Below, one piece after another: positions 63,159 through 64,000 of a stretch of 64,000 nucleotides of DNA; within the stretch, counting starts at the first letter, position 1, and every line of letters begins with the position of its first letter. The stretch lies in the NCBI GenBank assembly GCA_043228905.1, contig JBHGNT010000017.1, forward strand, positions 7,750,001-7,814,000, read 5' to 3'. A model generated the notes under the pieces. The model saw nothing but the letters and a program-made list of their open reading frames with translations, had not been told where the DNA came from and did no database searches. Source of the stretch: Azolla caroliniana (Eukaryota; Plantae; Polypodiophyta). A program made the translations under genes and the position numbers.

Positions 63159-64000
63159 GATCCATTGCTCATCATTGGTCTCCAGATCCCATGGACTCGA
63201 AACACTCACCTCTTCTTTCTAGTATCCCGATGGAAATGCCAACGCAAATGTGTTCGTAGTCGAATCTGAACATCGCATTTTTCTCCTGGCAATTTGTTAT
63301 CATTTCCGGGTTCACGAGGATGTGCCTTCATTGCCACAAATGAATGCCTCTCATAATTGGGTTCCATGGCGCTTTTAAATGCCGATGTTCTTGTAATAAT
63401 CACAACATTGGACTCCATTCGAATGCAACAAATTTCAATAACCTCACATTTGTTAACAACCCGACGATATATAAAGCTCACTGATGGGCTCCTGGACCAA
63501 CGACTCGAACACTTTGTTTTCAGAGGACAAGCTTTACAACGAGACCATCATGCATACATATTTCAATAAAAAGTAGCCTCGTGAAATTATGATGCGATGG
63601 TTCATGCATAACCTAGTGAATTTATGATGCATAAAGGCAAACGTATTGCACGTCGTGATGTGGTTGGCAAATGAGAGCTTAGACTCTAGCACAAAAATAT
63701 TTTCGAGTAATTATTGCCTCCCATGTTTATATTGCTAATTGTGGTCCTCGTTTTCGGATATTCTAAACTTAGCCCAAAGGCTTTCTAGCAAGTAAAACAT
63801 ATCAAATGCGCTATGGTTTCTCAACGTACAAAATTTGGCGTAAAACTTGGTTTGTTTTATCATAAACACGATGAATCAAACTGACCCCCAAAATCTTGAT
63901 TACGTGGGTGAAGTTTACGAGTTCAATGTCAATGGCCTCGTACTATCTGAATGTGTATATGTTAGAGCTTAGCTAATAATGTAAGCATATGATAAGGATA

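Noticed and set aside
63206-63570. 91-aa minus-strand ORF ending at a GTGAGT donor-like site
   Set aside because: No recognisable domain and no partner exon; cannot be supported as coding.

Overview
Land-plant nuclear DNA, most likely from a fern. This is inferred from the style of the long PLS-PPR triplets, the RTE-X-like LINE and the long TE-filled introns; it cannot be proven from the window alone. Bases 1-39 kb are a nested transposon field containing six Ty1/copia elements, a 5'-truncated LINE and the relic of a large DNA transposon. The relic has a Sola2-like, intron-containing transposase and a convergent spliced coiled-coil/RING-H2 gene. One host gene sits in this field: a PLS-E PPR gene whose spliced 5' end encodes an OSB-type PDF ssDNA-binding motif, missed by the ORF track. 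This fusion is the most interesting signal. Bases 40-64 kb are genic: a KIC/PBP1-like EF-hand gene, AP-2 sigma (6 coding exons, 142 aa) and a PhnP-like metallo-beta-lactamase gene, with hAT MITEs and short LINE 3'-end copies. All gene models and alignments were read by eye; no database search was run.
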